A stretch of DNA of 64,000 nt from an uncultured cyanobacterium (GTDB lineage: Bacteria; Cyanobacteriota; Cyanobacteriia; Pseudanabaenales; Pseudanabaenaceae): NCBI GenBank assembly GCA_963703315.1, contig OY969811.1, forward strand, positions 3,392,001 through 3,456,000, given 5' to 3'. Positions 18,925-30,001 of this stretch are shown in pieces. A program made the translations under genes and the position numbers. Positions within the stretch are counted from its first letter, which is position 1, and each line of letters opens with the position of its first letter. The notes under the pieces were generated by a model. That model was not told the origin of the DNA and did not search any database. It worked only from the letters and a program-made list of their open reading frames with translations.

Positions 18925-19488
18925 CTAAAAAGTAACATCTTCGTAGAGATCCACAAATTTCCCCTCAAAATTAATACTTGATAATTGGAAACTTTCTTGT
19001 TCTCCAGAATAGGTTTCTAAAAACCAGCGTCCACCTTCTTTCCGAAAGCAATCAAGGCGTTGACGTTTAGTGTTGACTAGAACGTATTCTTCTAGAGTTT
19101 CTAGTTGTTGGTAATCGGCAAACTTATCGCCTCGATCAAACCCTTCCGTAGATTTGGATAGAACTTCGATAATTAGTTTAGGAAATCGCTTGTGATTTGG
19201 GGTTTGGGCATCTCTAAGATCGCAAGTCACCATCACATCTGGGTAATAAAAGCGATTTAATGAGTCTATTCTCGCTTTCATGTCTGACATATAGACACGG
19301 CAATTAGAACCGCGCAAGTGGTTGCGGATTACAAAAGCCATATTTAAGGCGATCGTGACGTGGGGATCGTTTGCACCAGCCATTGCATAAACATATCCAT
19401 CGATATATTCATGTTTAATCTCGCTTTGCTCTTCCATTGCGAGATATTCTTCGGGAGTTATGTAATCAAACTTTGGTTTGGCAATCAT
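18925..19488 (-). CDS. Uma2 (DUF820) family protein
   Basis: HEYIDG, YYPDVMV, IEVLSKST, DRGDKF. Confidence 0.9.
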   Translation of the reverse strand: MIAKPKFDYITPEEYLAMEEQSEIKHEYIDGYVYAMAGANDPHVTIALNMAFVIRNHLRGSNCRVYMSDMKARIDSLNRFYYPDVMVTCDLRDAQTPNHKRFPKLIIEVLSKSTEGFDRGDKFADYQQLETLEEYVLVNTKRQRLDCFRKEGGRWFLETYSGEQESFQLSSINFEGKFVDLYEDVTF

Positions 19489-20099
19489 AATTTACCTGAT
19501 GAGATAGGAGGAAGTATAGAGGCTATAGCGATCGCAACATCAGGAAATGCTAAAGGCGAGGCTTGATTTGGCTCAGTAAGAATGAGATGTTCGGTGTAAC
19601 CGATCGCTGTTGGTTTACGAAAGATATGCAGTTGACGTTTTTGAGGAGCTAGTACCCAATAGTCTGTGATACCAGCTTTGGCATAGAGCTTATCTTTGAT
19701 TTCACAATCTTGTTTTAGTGTGGAGTCGGCAACTTCTACGATGAGATAAATTTGCTCAGGGCTTGGATGTTGTTCAGCGTAATCTAAAACTGTTCCTCGG
19801 ACGATCGCTAAATCTGGTTCTGGTTCTGAAAAATTATCTAAATGAATGGGGTCTTGGGTGCGAACTAATGCAGAATTACCAAGGCGATCGCGTAAAATAT
19901 TGGCAAGCAAATGTAATGAGGTGACATGGGGATTTCCTTTGGCAGCCATTAGTGTGATGTGTCCGTCAATTAGTTCAGTACGTTCGTTGCAATCAAGAAT
20001 TCCAAATTCACTCATACGCCGATAATCGTTAGCTGTCCAGCGTTTAATGGCGCTTGGCTCTAGAGTAATCCAAGGAATAGACTGGTCTACAAGAGTCAT
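19485..20099 (-). CDS. Uma2 (DUF820) family protein
   Basis: ELIDG, SEPEPD, VEVADST, LYAKAGI.DYWV. Confidence 0.9.
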   Translation of the reverse strand: MTLVDQSIPWITLEPSAIKRWTANDYRRMSEFGILDCNERTELIDGHITLMAAKGNPHVTSLHLLANILRDRLGNSALVRTQDPIHLDNFSEPEPDLAIVRGTVLDYAEQHPSPEQIYLIVEVADSTLKQDCEIKDKLYAKAGITDYWVLAPQKRQLHIFRKPTAIGYTEHLILTEPNQASPLAFPDVAIAIASILPPISSGKL

Positions 20100-20183
20100 A
20101 GTTTGCTTGATTAGTTATTTGAGAATGATCAAATTAGGAGCATAGCGCGATTGTATAGTAATGCAAGGGTGACGGTCTTGTTC

Positions 20184-23100
20184 TTAGATCGGCAAAGTCT
20201 CGCCTGCTAAGAGACGCTTCGAGGCACTTAGTAATTCTTCTTCAAGATAAGGCTTCGTGAAGTAACCCTTCGCTCCCAGTTGAATGGCTGACTGACGGTG
20301 GCGATCGGCTCCACGCGAAGTTAACATCGCTACAGGAATTTCCTTAAGTCGTGAATCTTTTTGGAGTCTCGATAGAAGATCCAAGCCATCCATGCGAGGC
20401 ATCTCAATGTCACAGAAGATCATGTCGCAGGGCAGACCAGCACGGAGTTTTTCCCATGCATCCTGTCCGTCTTTAGCTTGTTCCACGCGATAGCCTACCT
20501 TCGCAAAGGTCAACGATAGTAACTCCCGTACCGTAATCGAGTCATCAACAATCAGTACTGTCGGATCGGCAGCAACCTCTTCTTCGATTGTCGGCTGGAT
20601 TGTTGCTCCAGAGGTGGAAGGACGCAATCTGCCACTCGCGATGTCAAATAGCTCTAGTACGTTGGCGATCGCCATAACGCGACCATCCCCTAGCACCGTT
20701 GCCCCTGCAATCCCCGCAGGTTGGGGAATTGGTCCTTCTAATTGCTTGATTACAATTTCGTATTCACCGAGGAACTGATCAACTTGTAGCGCTAAATAAC
20801 TAGTGTCATTGCGGAGAATAATGATACAGAGTTCATCATTTTCTTGCTTACCATAAATGCTACTACGGCTGAGATGGCGGCTATAGGACAGCAGATTAGA
20901 CAGGTGCTGGAATGGCAACAGTGTATCGCGCCAAGGTAAGCAAGGCTGACCTTTGTCGTTTAGCATAATCTGACTCTGAGGCACTTCCACCATATCCTCG
21001 AAACCATCTACAGGGAAGGCAATTCTGGCGCGATCGCTAATACAGAACATCGCCTTAGAAATACTCAAAGTAAGTGGTAAGCGAATCGTAAAGGTTGTCC
21101 CCTTACCAACCACTGATTCCACAATAATCACACCGCGAATATCATCAAGACAGGTTTTGACCACATCCAGACCGACTCCACGACCCTTAAATTCATCGGC
21201 TTGAGCCGCAGTACTAAATCCGGGTTCAAAGAGCAGGGCGTATACTTCCGTATCATTGAGGCGATCAACTTCCGCTTGCGATCGCACTCCCTTCGAGACA
21301 GCGCTTTTCTTCACTTTGTCTGTACTGATCCCAGCGCCATCATCACTTATGGAAATAACGGTTTGGTTACCTTGGTGATAGGCGCGTACTGTCAGTTTAC
21401 CAGTTGCCGATTTACCTGCTGCTTGACGGGTAGCAGGATCTTCCAATCCATGATCGATCGCATTGTTGACAAGGTGTGTCAGTGGATCGGTGAGAGATTC
21501 TAGAATCGCTTTATCGATCAGTGTCTCCCGTCCAAAGATTTCTAAATCAGCTTGTTTACCAGTTTTGAGGGCGCGATCGCGAATACCTCTAGGCAAGCGA
21601 TCGGCAATTTGGGCAAAGGGAACCATGCGCGACTGTTTTAAATCATCTTGCACTTGAGTCGTAATCGTTCCCAATTGGCGAGTGACCTGATCCGTCTCAC
21701 CCACCACGAACTCAATGTCTGAGGCAGATTCCCGAACGCGAACAATTAACTCAATAATTTCCTGTGATAGAACGTGGAAAGTATTGTAGCGATCAAACTC
21801 AATGCCTTCAAAATCATTGGTAACAGAATTATTCGAGCCGCCGCCTTCGCCGCTTGAATAGGATGCATCAAAACTACTAGTATACGAGCGTCCACGTCCT
21901 GCACTCAAGGAAGCTTCTAGCAAAGAGCGATCGTACTGATCACGCATTCTTTGTGACACATCGCTCAATAATTGAACTTGGTGCAATAGGTTCGTAATAA
22001 ACTGTTGCAAGCGTTCTTGATCCTGTTCCAACAGATTGCGGTTAACAACTAGTTCCCCAACAAGGTTGTTCAAGCTATCAAGATACTTAACATCAACCCG
22101 CATTGTTGAATCAGTAAACTTTGACTTACGGGTAGTTGTGGGAGGACGTACAGAGGTCTTAGTTTTAAGTGTTCCAATTTCTTGAGAATATTTCTCTTGT
22201 AACAGATTCTCCAAATCATCAAAGTCATCGTTAGGTTTTGATGCAGGCTTAGAAACTGCTGTTATATTGTCTAGATTATTGCCTCCTCCAGATTTAGAAT
22301 TACTAGCTCCATCAAAAGAATTGCCTAGCAGTGCTTCTAATTCATCAAAATTCATATCATCAGATTGAGCAGATGGTTGCTCATTGCTAACAAATGCTGA
22401 AGCTTGGCTATTCACTGATTGATCAACTGATTGATCATTCGATTCATTGATGTTGCTAGAATCGCCAATCATCGATTCTAAGTCATCAAAATTAAAATCA
22501 TCATCGATTCCATTAAGTTCTTGAGGCTGCGATCGCTGATGATCCTCCATCGTAGTTGCAAAATTTGCAGTGGAAATATCTGAGGTTTCGCCGCGATCGC
22601 TACCAAAATCAGCAAATTCATTAAATTCAGCAAATTCAATATTAGAATTGACTTCTATACTTTCTAGATCGTCAGAAGTTTTCAATGAGCTAATTTCTGA
22701 ATCATCATCACCTTGGAAGAAGTCTGCGAGATTGTCAATAGTAGTCTTTGCCGTAATATCATCTTCCCCAAAGTCATCTTCCTGCATCAGTGCAAGATTA
22801 CCTTCTGAGGTCTCGGAAGCTGCATCTTGAAAGTCGTTATCCAGAATATCTGCTAAACCATTAATATCATTAGCATCCTGAGTCAGCGATCGCTGGTCTT
22901 CTTCAAAGTTAAAATCATTTTCTAAAATAGTCAAATCGTTTTCATCAGCGTTAGTAAATAAATTTGCTAAATCAGAATCGTCTGAAGAGGTAGCTTGATC
23001 TAGAAATTGTTCTGATATATTGCCTTCTGTATTTACTTCAGCAATATTGTCTTCTACCACCAAAAAGTTTGAATCAACATCTTGATCAGACTCAAAATCC

Positions 23101-26100
23101 ATGAATGCATCTACATAGCTATCATCGGTATTGATTACATCAGTCTGATTGCTTTGCTCACTACCTATCAGGTCTGCACCTAGTTCATCCCAATCGTTAT
23201 CAGTAATATTTCCATTTAAACCTTGAGGAGCATCTACTTCGCTAAAGAAGTTACCCAAATCATCAATATTGCTTGTATCGTTAGGCTCAGCCAATTCTCT
23301 GTCAAGCTCACTGGAACTATCTTCGTAGTCTTCAGCACCTGCAAAGAAATCACCCAGTTCATCAGAACTATCCATATTGCCAAAGTCATCAACCAATTTG
23401 TCAATACTAGTAACATTGGGAGCTTCAGAACTATTTTCTGACTCCAAAGACTCTGCAAAGAAGTCATCTAAACCATCAACATCACTCACTTCTTCTGATA
23501 CAAAGCTATTAACCTCATCAGAAATAGTTGCTACCTCTGCTGAAGCAAAGAAATCACCTAGTTCATCAGTACTATCCACCTGATTGTCGAAAACATCTAA
23601 TTCATGCTTCGCATCAGTAACAGCCAAGTTTGGTTGTGCGGAGTCAGTCAAGAAATCGCCTAGTTCATCATCATTACTAAGCAGATGAATATCTTCATCA
23701 ATATTCATGTTAGAAGAATTATCCTCATTCGGAAAACCCTCGGATTCTCCAAAGAAATCCCCTAATTTGTCAGCATTATCAACTTCATTACTATCAGTAA
23801 AATCCCCAAATTCTGATGACAAGGTATCTGTTACTGAAGAACTTGAATTGTCATCAAAGTCAAGGTTATTAGCATCAAAGCTTGAATTATCAATTGAATG
23901 ATCGGATATCAGTAAATTATCAAAATTTTCGTCAGATGAAATATGGGATGGAGTGCCTGTAGATTCATCACTATCAAATCCTAACTCATCAAACATATTC
24001 AAGTTAGCAGTATTAAGAGAATCAAAACTCTCACTGCTTGACAAAGAATCTGCAAAGCTATCAGATACAGCATCTTCAGATAAACTATCAATATCTGAAT
24101 TAGCAACCTCATTATTGATATTATCTAGAGTATTGTCTGAAGAAATACCTAACAGAAATTCATCAAAGTTCTCATCGATCGCAAATGGGTCTTCCAATAA
24201 ACCCATATCTGACTCAGAAAAAGTTAAAGCAAATGGTTCGCTACCACCACTCCTAGCAAGCTCATTTTCTTGTCTTTCTATCTCAGCAAAATATTCTCCA
24301 CTAGATAGAGACTCAGAATTATCTTGATCATTATCATGATTTTGAGAGTCAACAAATCCACTTTCTAGGAACTGATCAGATTCAGAAATAGCTGCTAGAT
24401 TATCTGATGAATCAGAAAAATCAAGATCATCAATACTAAAATTATCGATACTAATATCACTTGTTTGGGTATGATCATCAACTTGAGGTTCATTGATATT
24501 ACTGATCAAATCAATGCCTAAATTATCAATTTGAGGTTCATTGATTTGATCAATAATATCAACACCTAAATCGTCAATATTTAGATCAAATTGATTGTCT
24601 AAGGAATTATCAGTACCAAAATCATCAGTGACTAAATCATCTAGGTTTGACTGAGCCAAATCCATCTCATCCTGTTGCCATGAAGCATTTAGCTCCTCTG
24701 GAAATAGGGGGTCACTGTTTTCGACATTTGTAATTGTATCAGTAGCAAAATCGCCAAATAGATGCTTAAGACTAGATTGTTGATCAGTACCTAGACTAGG
24801 GATTCCTGATTCAATATTGACCGACGAAGTATGATCATCAAGCAGATCGGCAAACTCATCATTAACTGGTACAGTTGGGACGGCTCCATGATTCAATATC
24901 TGTGTTTCATTAGATTCAATGTCTTCCCAAGCAGCATCAAAATCAATATCATCATTTTCAAATAAAATCGCTAAGGATTTCAACTCCGATGAACCAACTT
25001 TAGGTCCATCAATATGTTGACCCTCAGTAATATCAACATCGTATCCTTGATCCATCCAATCTATCTGAGCCAATTGATTCTCAGGAATTTCTGCCAAATC
25101 AAACCCTTCTTCATTGATTGAGTCGGCAAATAGATCAATATCTTCTGTAACTGTCTCTAAGTCTGGTTCTACAGCAGCATCAACTTCTAGATTTGCAATT
25201 GCTAGATCCTCTACAAATGATGCCTCTTCTGTAAGATCTGCCAGATCCCCTGAAGCGGTGGTAAAAATTGTGCTGACTTCATCATCTTCTGGTTCAGAAA
25301 ATCGATAGGGCAGTAAACTTTGAATTTGTGCGGAAACGGTAATTTCTGCTTCACGATTTGTCAGTACTAAATCTTGAGCTTCTCGCAGTTCTCTGATCAA
25401 AATAGGCGCAAGGGTACGGAAGTCATTATTATGCTGGGCGATCGCATTCTTAATCTGGGTGGCTAAATATGTCCAGTTTCTCAAGTTAAAGTTATCGCCA
25501 AGATCTTGGAAGTAGGTACAAATAGTCTGTAACTGCGATCGGCTTTCGACAGTATCTTCACCACGAAACAGTTGCAGCATATCGCGCATTTTGGTTGTGA
25601 CATCTTGCTGAAAAGCTGACTCCAAAGGAATAGCTGGCTGCTGTGGTGGTGCTAATGCTGCTTCAGGTTGTAGATGCAATACAGGCGCTTTGCCATTGGC
25701 ATCAGCAACTAACTGATGCAGATAGGACTCTAATTCGGCAAATACAGGTTTGACACGGTTGCTAGTCTCAGCAGTTAGTTCATCGGAGATCTTAAAGCCA
25801 ACTTGCAATTCGTCTAGGAGTTCTGACAAAGGATCAAAGCCAGCTAATAATAGGCTTTTTAAGCGTTCATCAACATTTATTTGAGGATTCTCTTTGAGAA
25901 TTTTGAAAAAGTCTTCCAATCGGTGAGAAACGTGCTGAATACTGCCTACTCCCAACATTGCAGCACCACCTTTAATCGAGTGAGCAGCCCGAAAAAGTTC
26001 ATTAACTGATTCAGGATCATCGAGAATATCTTGCAAGTTTAATACGCCTTGCTCAATGGTCTGAAGATGTTCACGGGCTTCTTCGATGAAGTAGCCCATA

Positions 26101-26129
26101 ATCCGTTGCTGTTGTTGTTCCGAGTTCAT
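20184..26129 (-). CDS. cheA: Hybrid CheA-like kinase (HmpE/PilL type): HPT, long acidic linker, dimerisation, HATPase, CheW, REC
   Basis: FRAAHSIKGGA; HLVNNAIDHG; DDGAGI; GRGVGLDVV; C-terminal IVDDS/CDIEMPRMDG/KP. Confidence 0.92.
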   Translation of the reverse strand: MNSEQQQQRIMGYFIEEAREHLQTIEQGVLNLQDILDDPESVNELFRAAHSIKGGAAMLGVGSIQHVSHRLEDFFKILKENPQINVDERLKSLLLAGFDPLSELLDELQVGFKISDELTAETSNRVKPVFAELESYLHQLVADANGKAPVLHLQPEAALAPPQQPAIPLESAFQQDVTTKMRDMLQLFRGEDTVESRSQLQTICTYFQDLGDNFNLRNWTYLATQIKNAIAQHNNDFRTLAPILIRELREAQDLVLTNREAEITVSAQIQSLLPYRFSEPEDDEVSTIFTTASGDLADLTEEASFVEDLAIANLEVDAAVEPDLETVTEDIDLFADSINEEGFDLAEIPENQLAQIDWMDQGYDVDITEGQHIDGPKVGSSELKSLAILFENDDIDFDAAWEDIESNETQILNHGAVPTVPVNDEFADLLDDHTSSVNIESGIPSLGTDQQSSLKHLFGDFATDTITNVENSDPLFPEELNASWQQDEMDLAQSNLDDLVTDDFGTDNSLDNQFDLNIDDLGVDIIDQINEPQIDNLGIDLISNINEPQVDDHTQTSDISIDNFSIDDLDFSDSSDNLAAISESDQFLESGFVDSQNHDNDQDNSESLSSGEYFAEIERQENELARSGGSEPFALTFSESDMGLLEDPFAIDENFDEFLLGISSDNTLDNINNEVANSDIDSLSEDAVSDSFADSLSSSESFDSLNTANLNMFDELGFDSDESTGTPSHISSDENFDNLLISDHSIDNSSFDANNLDFDDNSSSSVTDTLSSEFGDFTDSNEVDNADKLGDFFGESEGFPNEDNSSNMNIDEDIHLLSNDDELGDFLTDSAQPNLAVTDAKHELDVFDNQVDSTDELGDFFASAEVATISDEVNSFVSEEVSDVDGLDDFFAESLESENSSEAPNVTSIDKLVDDFGNMDSSDELGDFFAGAEDYEDSSSELDRELAEPNDTSNIDDLGNFFSEVDAPQGLNGNITDNDWDELGADLIGSEQSNQTDVINTDDSYVDAFMDFESDQDVDSNFLVVEDNIAEVNTEGNISEQFLDQATSSDDSDLANLFTNADENDLTILENDFNFEEDQRSLTQDANDINGLADILDNDFQDAASETSEGNLALMQEDDFGEDDITAKTTIDNLADFFQGDDDSEISSLKTSDDLESIEVNSNIEFAEFNEFADFGSDRGETSDISTANFATTMEDHQRSQPQELNGIDDDFNFDDLESMIGDSSNINESNDQSVDQSVNSQASAFVSNEQPSAQSDDMNFDELEALLGNSFDGASNSKSGGGNNLDNITAVSKPASKPNDDFDDLENLLQEKYSQEIGTLKTKTSVRPPTTTRKSKFTDSTMRVDVKYLDSLNNLVGELVVNRNLLEQDQERLQQFITNLLHQVQLLSDVSQRMRDQYDRSLLEASLSAGRGRSYTSSFDASYSSGEGGGSNNSVTNDFEGIEFDRYNTFHVLSQEIIELIVRVRESASDIEFVVGETDQVTRQLGTITTQVQDDLKQSRMVPFAQIADRLPRGIRDRALKTGKQADLEIFGRETLIDKAILESLTDPLTHLVNNAIDHGLEDPATRQAAGKSATGKLTVRAYHQGNQTVISISDDGAGISTDKVKKSAVSKGVRSQAEVDRLNDTEVYALLFEPGFSTAAQADEFKGRGVGLDVVKTCLDDIRGVIIVESVVGKGTTFTIRLPLTLSISKAMFCISDRARIAFPVDGFEDMVEVPQSQIMLNDKGQPCLPWRDTLLPFQHLSNLLSYSRHLSRSSIYGKQENDELCIIILRNDTSYLALQVDQFLGEYEIVIKQLEGPIPQPAGIAGATVLGDGRVMAIANVLELFDIASGRLRPSTSGATIQPTIEEEVAADPTVLIVDDSITVRELLSLTFAKVGYRVEQAKDGQDAWEKLRAGLPCDMIFCDIEMPRMDGLDLLSRLQKDSRLKEIPVAMLTSRGADRHRQSAIQLGAKGYFTKPYLEEELLSASKRLLAGETLPI

Positions 26130-26183
26130 GACAGAATCCTCTCAAATATTAGGGTATGAGTAGCTAGGCTAGAGATGCTAAGG

Positions 26184-28508
26184 CTAACGACCTCCCGTTT
26201 TATCAGTGGAGTCAACGCGGAATCGTTCCACAGAGTCTTGAAGGCTACGGGCAACACCTACCAGATTTTGGAGTGAAGCTGACACCCTTTGGGACTCTTG
26301 GGATGTTTCTTGGGCGGTTAACTCAACTGATTGCATAACCTGTGATACGGTTCGTGATGTCTCGGTTTGTTTAACTGTATCTTCAGTAATCGAAAATACT
26401 AAGGTTTCAATGCGGTGCGCCACTTGAATAATATCGGTTAGCGATTGGCGGGCTTGTTCAGCACGTTTAGTACCATCGATAACCTGTTGTGTGCCGACTT
26501 CCATCGCTTGTTGCACGTTACTGGTTTCACTTTGAATTTGCAATACGATTTGTTCGATTTCTTTCGATGCTTTGGCAGCCCGATCAGCGAGTTGTCGAAC
26601 TTCGTCCGCCACGATCGCAAATCCTCTACCTGCATCTCCTGCTCTCGCAGCTTCAATACTAGCGTTCAGTGCGAGTAAGTTGGTACGGGAGGCGATCGAA
26701 GAAATTAAACCAACGATCTTAGAAATTTCCTGTGAAGACTCACCAAGACGCTTAACCTTGCGAGTAGTTTCGGCAACCGTTTCCCGAATGTCGAGAATAC
26801 CTGCTACGGTACGTTCTACCGCGTCACCGCCCTTGATCGCTGTCTCAGACGCGAGCTTCGCAACTTGATCCGCTTCCCGCGCACTCTCAGCCACACGTTG
26901 AATCGATTCGGTCATCATTTGCACAGAGTTCAAAGTTACGCTTAACTCTTCCGCTTGGCGTAACGCATCCGATGACAAACTGCGGGCAAATGCTTCATTC
27001 TCACGAGAGCTATCGTTAACTTGACGCGCCGCAATTTTTACTTGGTTAACAATCTCACGCAGGTTTTGAATCGTGAGGTTAAAGGAGTCAGCTACCGCGC
27101 CGAGTACGTTGGCGGTCACCTCCGCTTGTACAGTCAAGTCACCTCGTGCCGCGCCTTCTACGTCATCCAGCAAGCGGATGACCTGACGTTGTAAATCTTC
27201 TTTGGCTTGCTCTTGTTCCGCCGCTTTGCGCTGGGCTTCAGTGGTGTTTGACACAATCGACTGAATCATTTGGTTAAAGCTGGCTGCCAATTTGCCAAAC
27301 TCATCTTCACTATAGACCGCAGCACGGGGATTCATGTCACCACGAATGACAGCTTCAAACTGAGCTTGCAGGTTTTCAGTTGATTGCTCAATTAGCTTAG
27401 ACGAGCGTTTACCTAACCCCCAAGCGATCGAACCACTAGCGATCGCGCCAGCCGCAGCCATCATCAAACCAGTATTGCGAAGCTGTTCACGTTGTCCCTG
27501 CTCTTTGATTGTGCCTATAGTTAAAGTGATCACTACGCCTGCGGTGACCGCTCCCACAACTCCAGCCGCGATCGCCGTGATCAGGCTCTTGGTCTTGAGA
27601 GGCATATTATCAAAGGGAGAGAATAGCCCCCCCTGCTCAGAGGATTCAGCCACAACCTCAACATTGACTCGCTTTGTTCCTACTGGTGCATTAATTGCCC
27701 CTAATCCAAATAACTCTGCCTCACTTTCCGATTGATTAAATCTTGCTGTAGATGCATCCTGCCCTACTGACTTCATATTGCGCCCAGAGGTTGTAAAGTC
27801 TTGATTACCAAAGTCTGCTAGCGATCGATCAGATGCCATCTGAGTTGCCTCTGAATCACTAAAGGAACTGGAAAAAGATGATTCACTAATGTCATCAAAA
27901 TCATCAAATTCATCCATAAACACAACATCATTGGCAGCAAGATTGCCTGAATCGTTAGGACTATGATTAGAATTAAAGTTGGCTGATCCTGTAATCTGGG
28001 TTTCCGCACTATAGTCATACTGGCTAGAACCGTTATTCATCCCCCCCCCAGTACTAAAGTCTTCAAAGTCAAAATCTTCAACGTGGGTTGAGCCACTTTG
28101 TCCACTACTATTATCTGAAGACCAAGCGCCCTGCATATAGGTTGATTGGGTATTGTAAGCATATTGATTATTGCTAAAGTCGTCTACTGATGACTTGCCT
28201 ATATCTCCTAGACCGTAGCTATCATCATTAAGATCTAATCTTTCTTTGGCAGCCGCAATACCACTATGTGCATATTCCAAAATTGAGTTGTCATCAGTCA
28301 ATTGCAGAACTGTTTCATATTCACCAATTGAATCTTGGTAGCGCTCTAGGGCGAGGTTAATATGAGCATGAAGTAAACGATACATAGGATCGCTAGGACA
28401 GACTTTAACGAGTTCCTGTGTTAATCTGCCAGCCTGACTGTAGTCTCCCTGCATATATGCTAGGGAAGCTTTTTCGTATTCTTTTTGGTATTGCGTACTT
28501 GATGCCAT
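26184..28508 (-). CDS. pilJ: Methyl-accepting chemotaxis protein with N-terminal TPR (HmpD/PilJ type)
   Basis: TPR-like N-terminus, two TM helices, [33 protein letters not shown]. Confidence 0.9.
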   Translation of the reverse strand: MASSTQYQKEYEKASLAYMQGDYSQAGRLTQELVKVCPSDPMYRLLHAHINLALERYQDSIGEYETVLQLTDDNSILEYAHSGIAAAKERLDLNDDSYGLGDIGKSSVDDFSNNQYAYNTQSTYMQGAWSSDNSSGQSGSTHVEDFDFEDFSTGGGMNNGSSQYDYSAETQITGSANFNSNHSPNDSGNLAANDVVFMDEFDDFDDISESSFSSSFSDSEATQMASDRSLADFGNQDFTTSGRNMKSVGQDASTARFNQSESEAELFGLGAINAPVGTKRVNVEVVAESSEQGGLFSPFDNMPLKTKSLITAIAAGVVGAVTAGVVITLTIGTIKEQGQREQLRNTGLMMAAAGAIASGSIAWGLGKRSSKLIEQSTENLQAQFEAVIRGDMNPRAAVYSEDEFGKLAASFNQMIQSIVSNTTEAQRKAAEQEQAKEDLQRQVIRLLDDVEGAARGDLTVQAEVTANVLGAVADSFNLTIQNLREIVNQVKIAARQVNDSSRENEAFARSLSSDALRQAEELSVTLNSVQMMTESIQRVAESAREADQVAKLASETAIKGGDAVERTVAGILDIRETVAETTRKVKRLGESSQEISKIVGLISSIASRTNLLALNASIEAARAGDAGRGFAIVADEVRQLADRAAKASKEIEQIVLQIQSETSNVQQAMEVGTQQVIDGTKRAEQARQSLTDIIQVAHRIETLVFSITEDTVKQTETSRTVSQVMQSVELTAQETSQESQRVSASLQNLVGVARSLQDSVERFRVDSTDKTGGR

Positions 28509-28645
28509 GTGCTTTCTCCTAAAGTCCCTAAAACCAATGTCAATTGCTCGAAATCATCTGGAAATTACTGAAAATTATCTGTCTGGTAGCTTTTGCCTGT
28601 TGCTATATATTTAATGTCATTCACATACATTCGCACAGGCTTTGT

Positions 28646-29173
28646 CTAGGATGCCCACCTTGCTGACCGCAAAATATTGACTTGATCTAGCAGCTTTAGG
28701 GGTTCACTTTCTTCCATTATCCACTCACCTTTGATGAATGGAGCCATACTATCAGAACTATTTCTAGAGACGTGTAATTGTGAAGAATCAAGCCAAGCCA
28801 TCACACCGATTTGCTCTACTGCTAACCCTAACATCATGCCTTGATCCTCGATCGCAATGATTGAAATTTCAGCCCGATCCGTATTTACAGGCGGAGCCTC
28901 TCCCAAAAATTGACCGAGATCGCCTACCCAAACTACTCTACCCCGAATATTTACGGTTCCTAGCAACAGAGGAGAAACATTGGGCATCGGGTTGATCTTA
29001 TCAGGCGCATATTCTAAAACTTGACTGACTCCAATTGCAGGTAAAGCAAACTCAATTCCAGAAGCCACAAAAAATCTTAAGTGCAGCTCACCTTCTGGAG
29101 CTTCGATACCTTGGTCAAAGTCAGTTGCCTGATCTTGTCCCATGCCAGGGAAGAATTCTTGATTTCCTACCAT
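28646..29173 (-). CDS. cheW: CheW-like adaptor (HmpC/PilI type)
   Basis: PMPNVSPLLLGTVNIRGRVVWV; ATG at 29173 preferred to TTG at 29197. Confidence 0.9.
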   Translation of the reverse strand: MVGNQEFFPGMGQDQATDFDQGIEAPEGELHLRFFVASGIEFALPAIGVSQVLEYAPDKINPMPNVSPLLLGTVNIRGRVVWVGDLGQFLGEAPPVNTDRAEISIIAIEDQGMMLGLAVEQIGVMAWLDSSQLHVSRNSSDSMAPFIKGEWIMEESEPLKLLDQVNILRSARWAS

Positions 29174-29337
29174 AATTTGAGGATCTCTACCTTGCAAAAT
29201 AGCAACTTTATAAGTTAAGTGTCTTGAAGCTTTAAAAAATATTGAGAATATTGAGAAAATATTAAAGTATTGATGTTAACCAACAGACTTTAAATAATCA
29301 ATAATTGTGCATACTTTTAGTGTCTTTAGTGAGACTT

Positions 29338-29706
29338 TTAAGTTTTTCTAAGTAACTGCTTGACAGTGCCAACTAGTTCTTGAGGCTGAAAAGGCTTAGC
29401 TATGTATGCGTCAGCCCCTTGCTTCATACCCCAGTAGCGATCAAATTCTTCCCCCTTAGATGAACACATTACGACAGGAACGCGTTCGGTTTTAGGGTCA
29501 GTTTTAATCCGCCGACATAGTTCATAGCCATTCATGCGGGGCATGACGATGTCCATAACTACGATATCTGGGCAAGTACCTTGCATTTGCTCTAGTGCTT
29601 CCACACCGTCGCCTGCTGTCTTTACAGTTAAGCCACTACCTTTGAGTAAGTCCTCAATCATTTCTCGTTGTGTCACGCTGTCTTCAACCACCAGAACTGT
29701 ACTCAT
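29338..29706 (-). CDS. pilH: CheY-like response regulator (HmpB/PilH type)
   Basis: VVEDS, DIVMPRMNG, FDRYWGMKQGADAYIAKPF. Confidence 0.92.
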   Translation of the reverse strand: MSTVLVVEDSVTQREMIEDLLKGSGLTVKTAGDGVEALEQMQGTCPDIVVMDIVMPRMNGYELCRRIKTDPKTERVPVVMCSSKGEEFDRYWGMKQGADAYIAKPFQPQELVGTVKQLLRKT

Positions 29707-29952
29707 ACACGAATGCCCCGATAGGATTCTTCCACTAGCAACTCACTAAATACATTAGGAATATTTAAGATTAGTATCTGCTGGATGCAGCACATACTAA
29801 CTTTTAGATCGATTAGATCCAAGTTATTGCTTAATTATTTATCAAACTGCTCATATTTTAGTCTTCTCTGGACAGAGAGATTAAGATTAGAGCCAAAAGT
29901 CAAGACACAAAATAGCACGTATAGTACTTGACGCTCCAAATTAAAGGTAAAT

Positions 29953-30001
29953 AATTTTTAGATGATGTCCCACGCGAAGCGTGGGACATCATCTAAAAAT
30001 T
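29953..30001 (-). terminator. Hairpin directly after the comM stop
   Basis: TTTTAGATGATGTCCCACGC-GAA-GCGTGGGACATCATCTAAAA. Confidence 0.7.

Noticed and set aside
29236..29275. AATATTGAG short repeats between the CheY and CheW genes
   Set aside because: Short and AT-rich; cannot be told from chance
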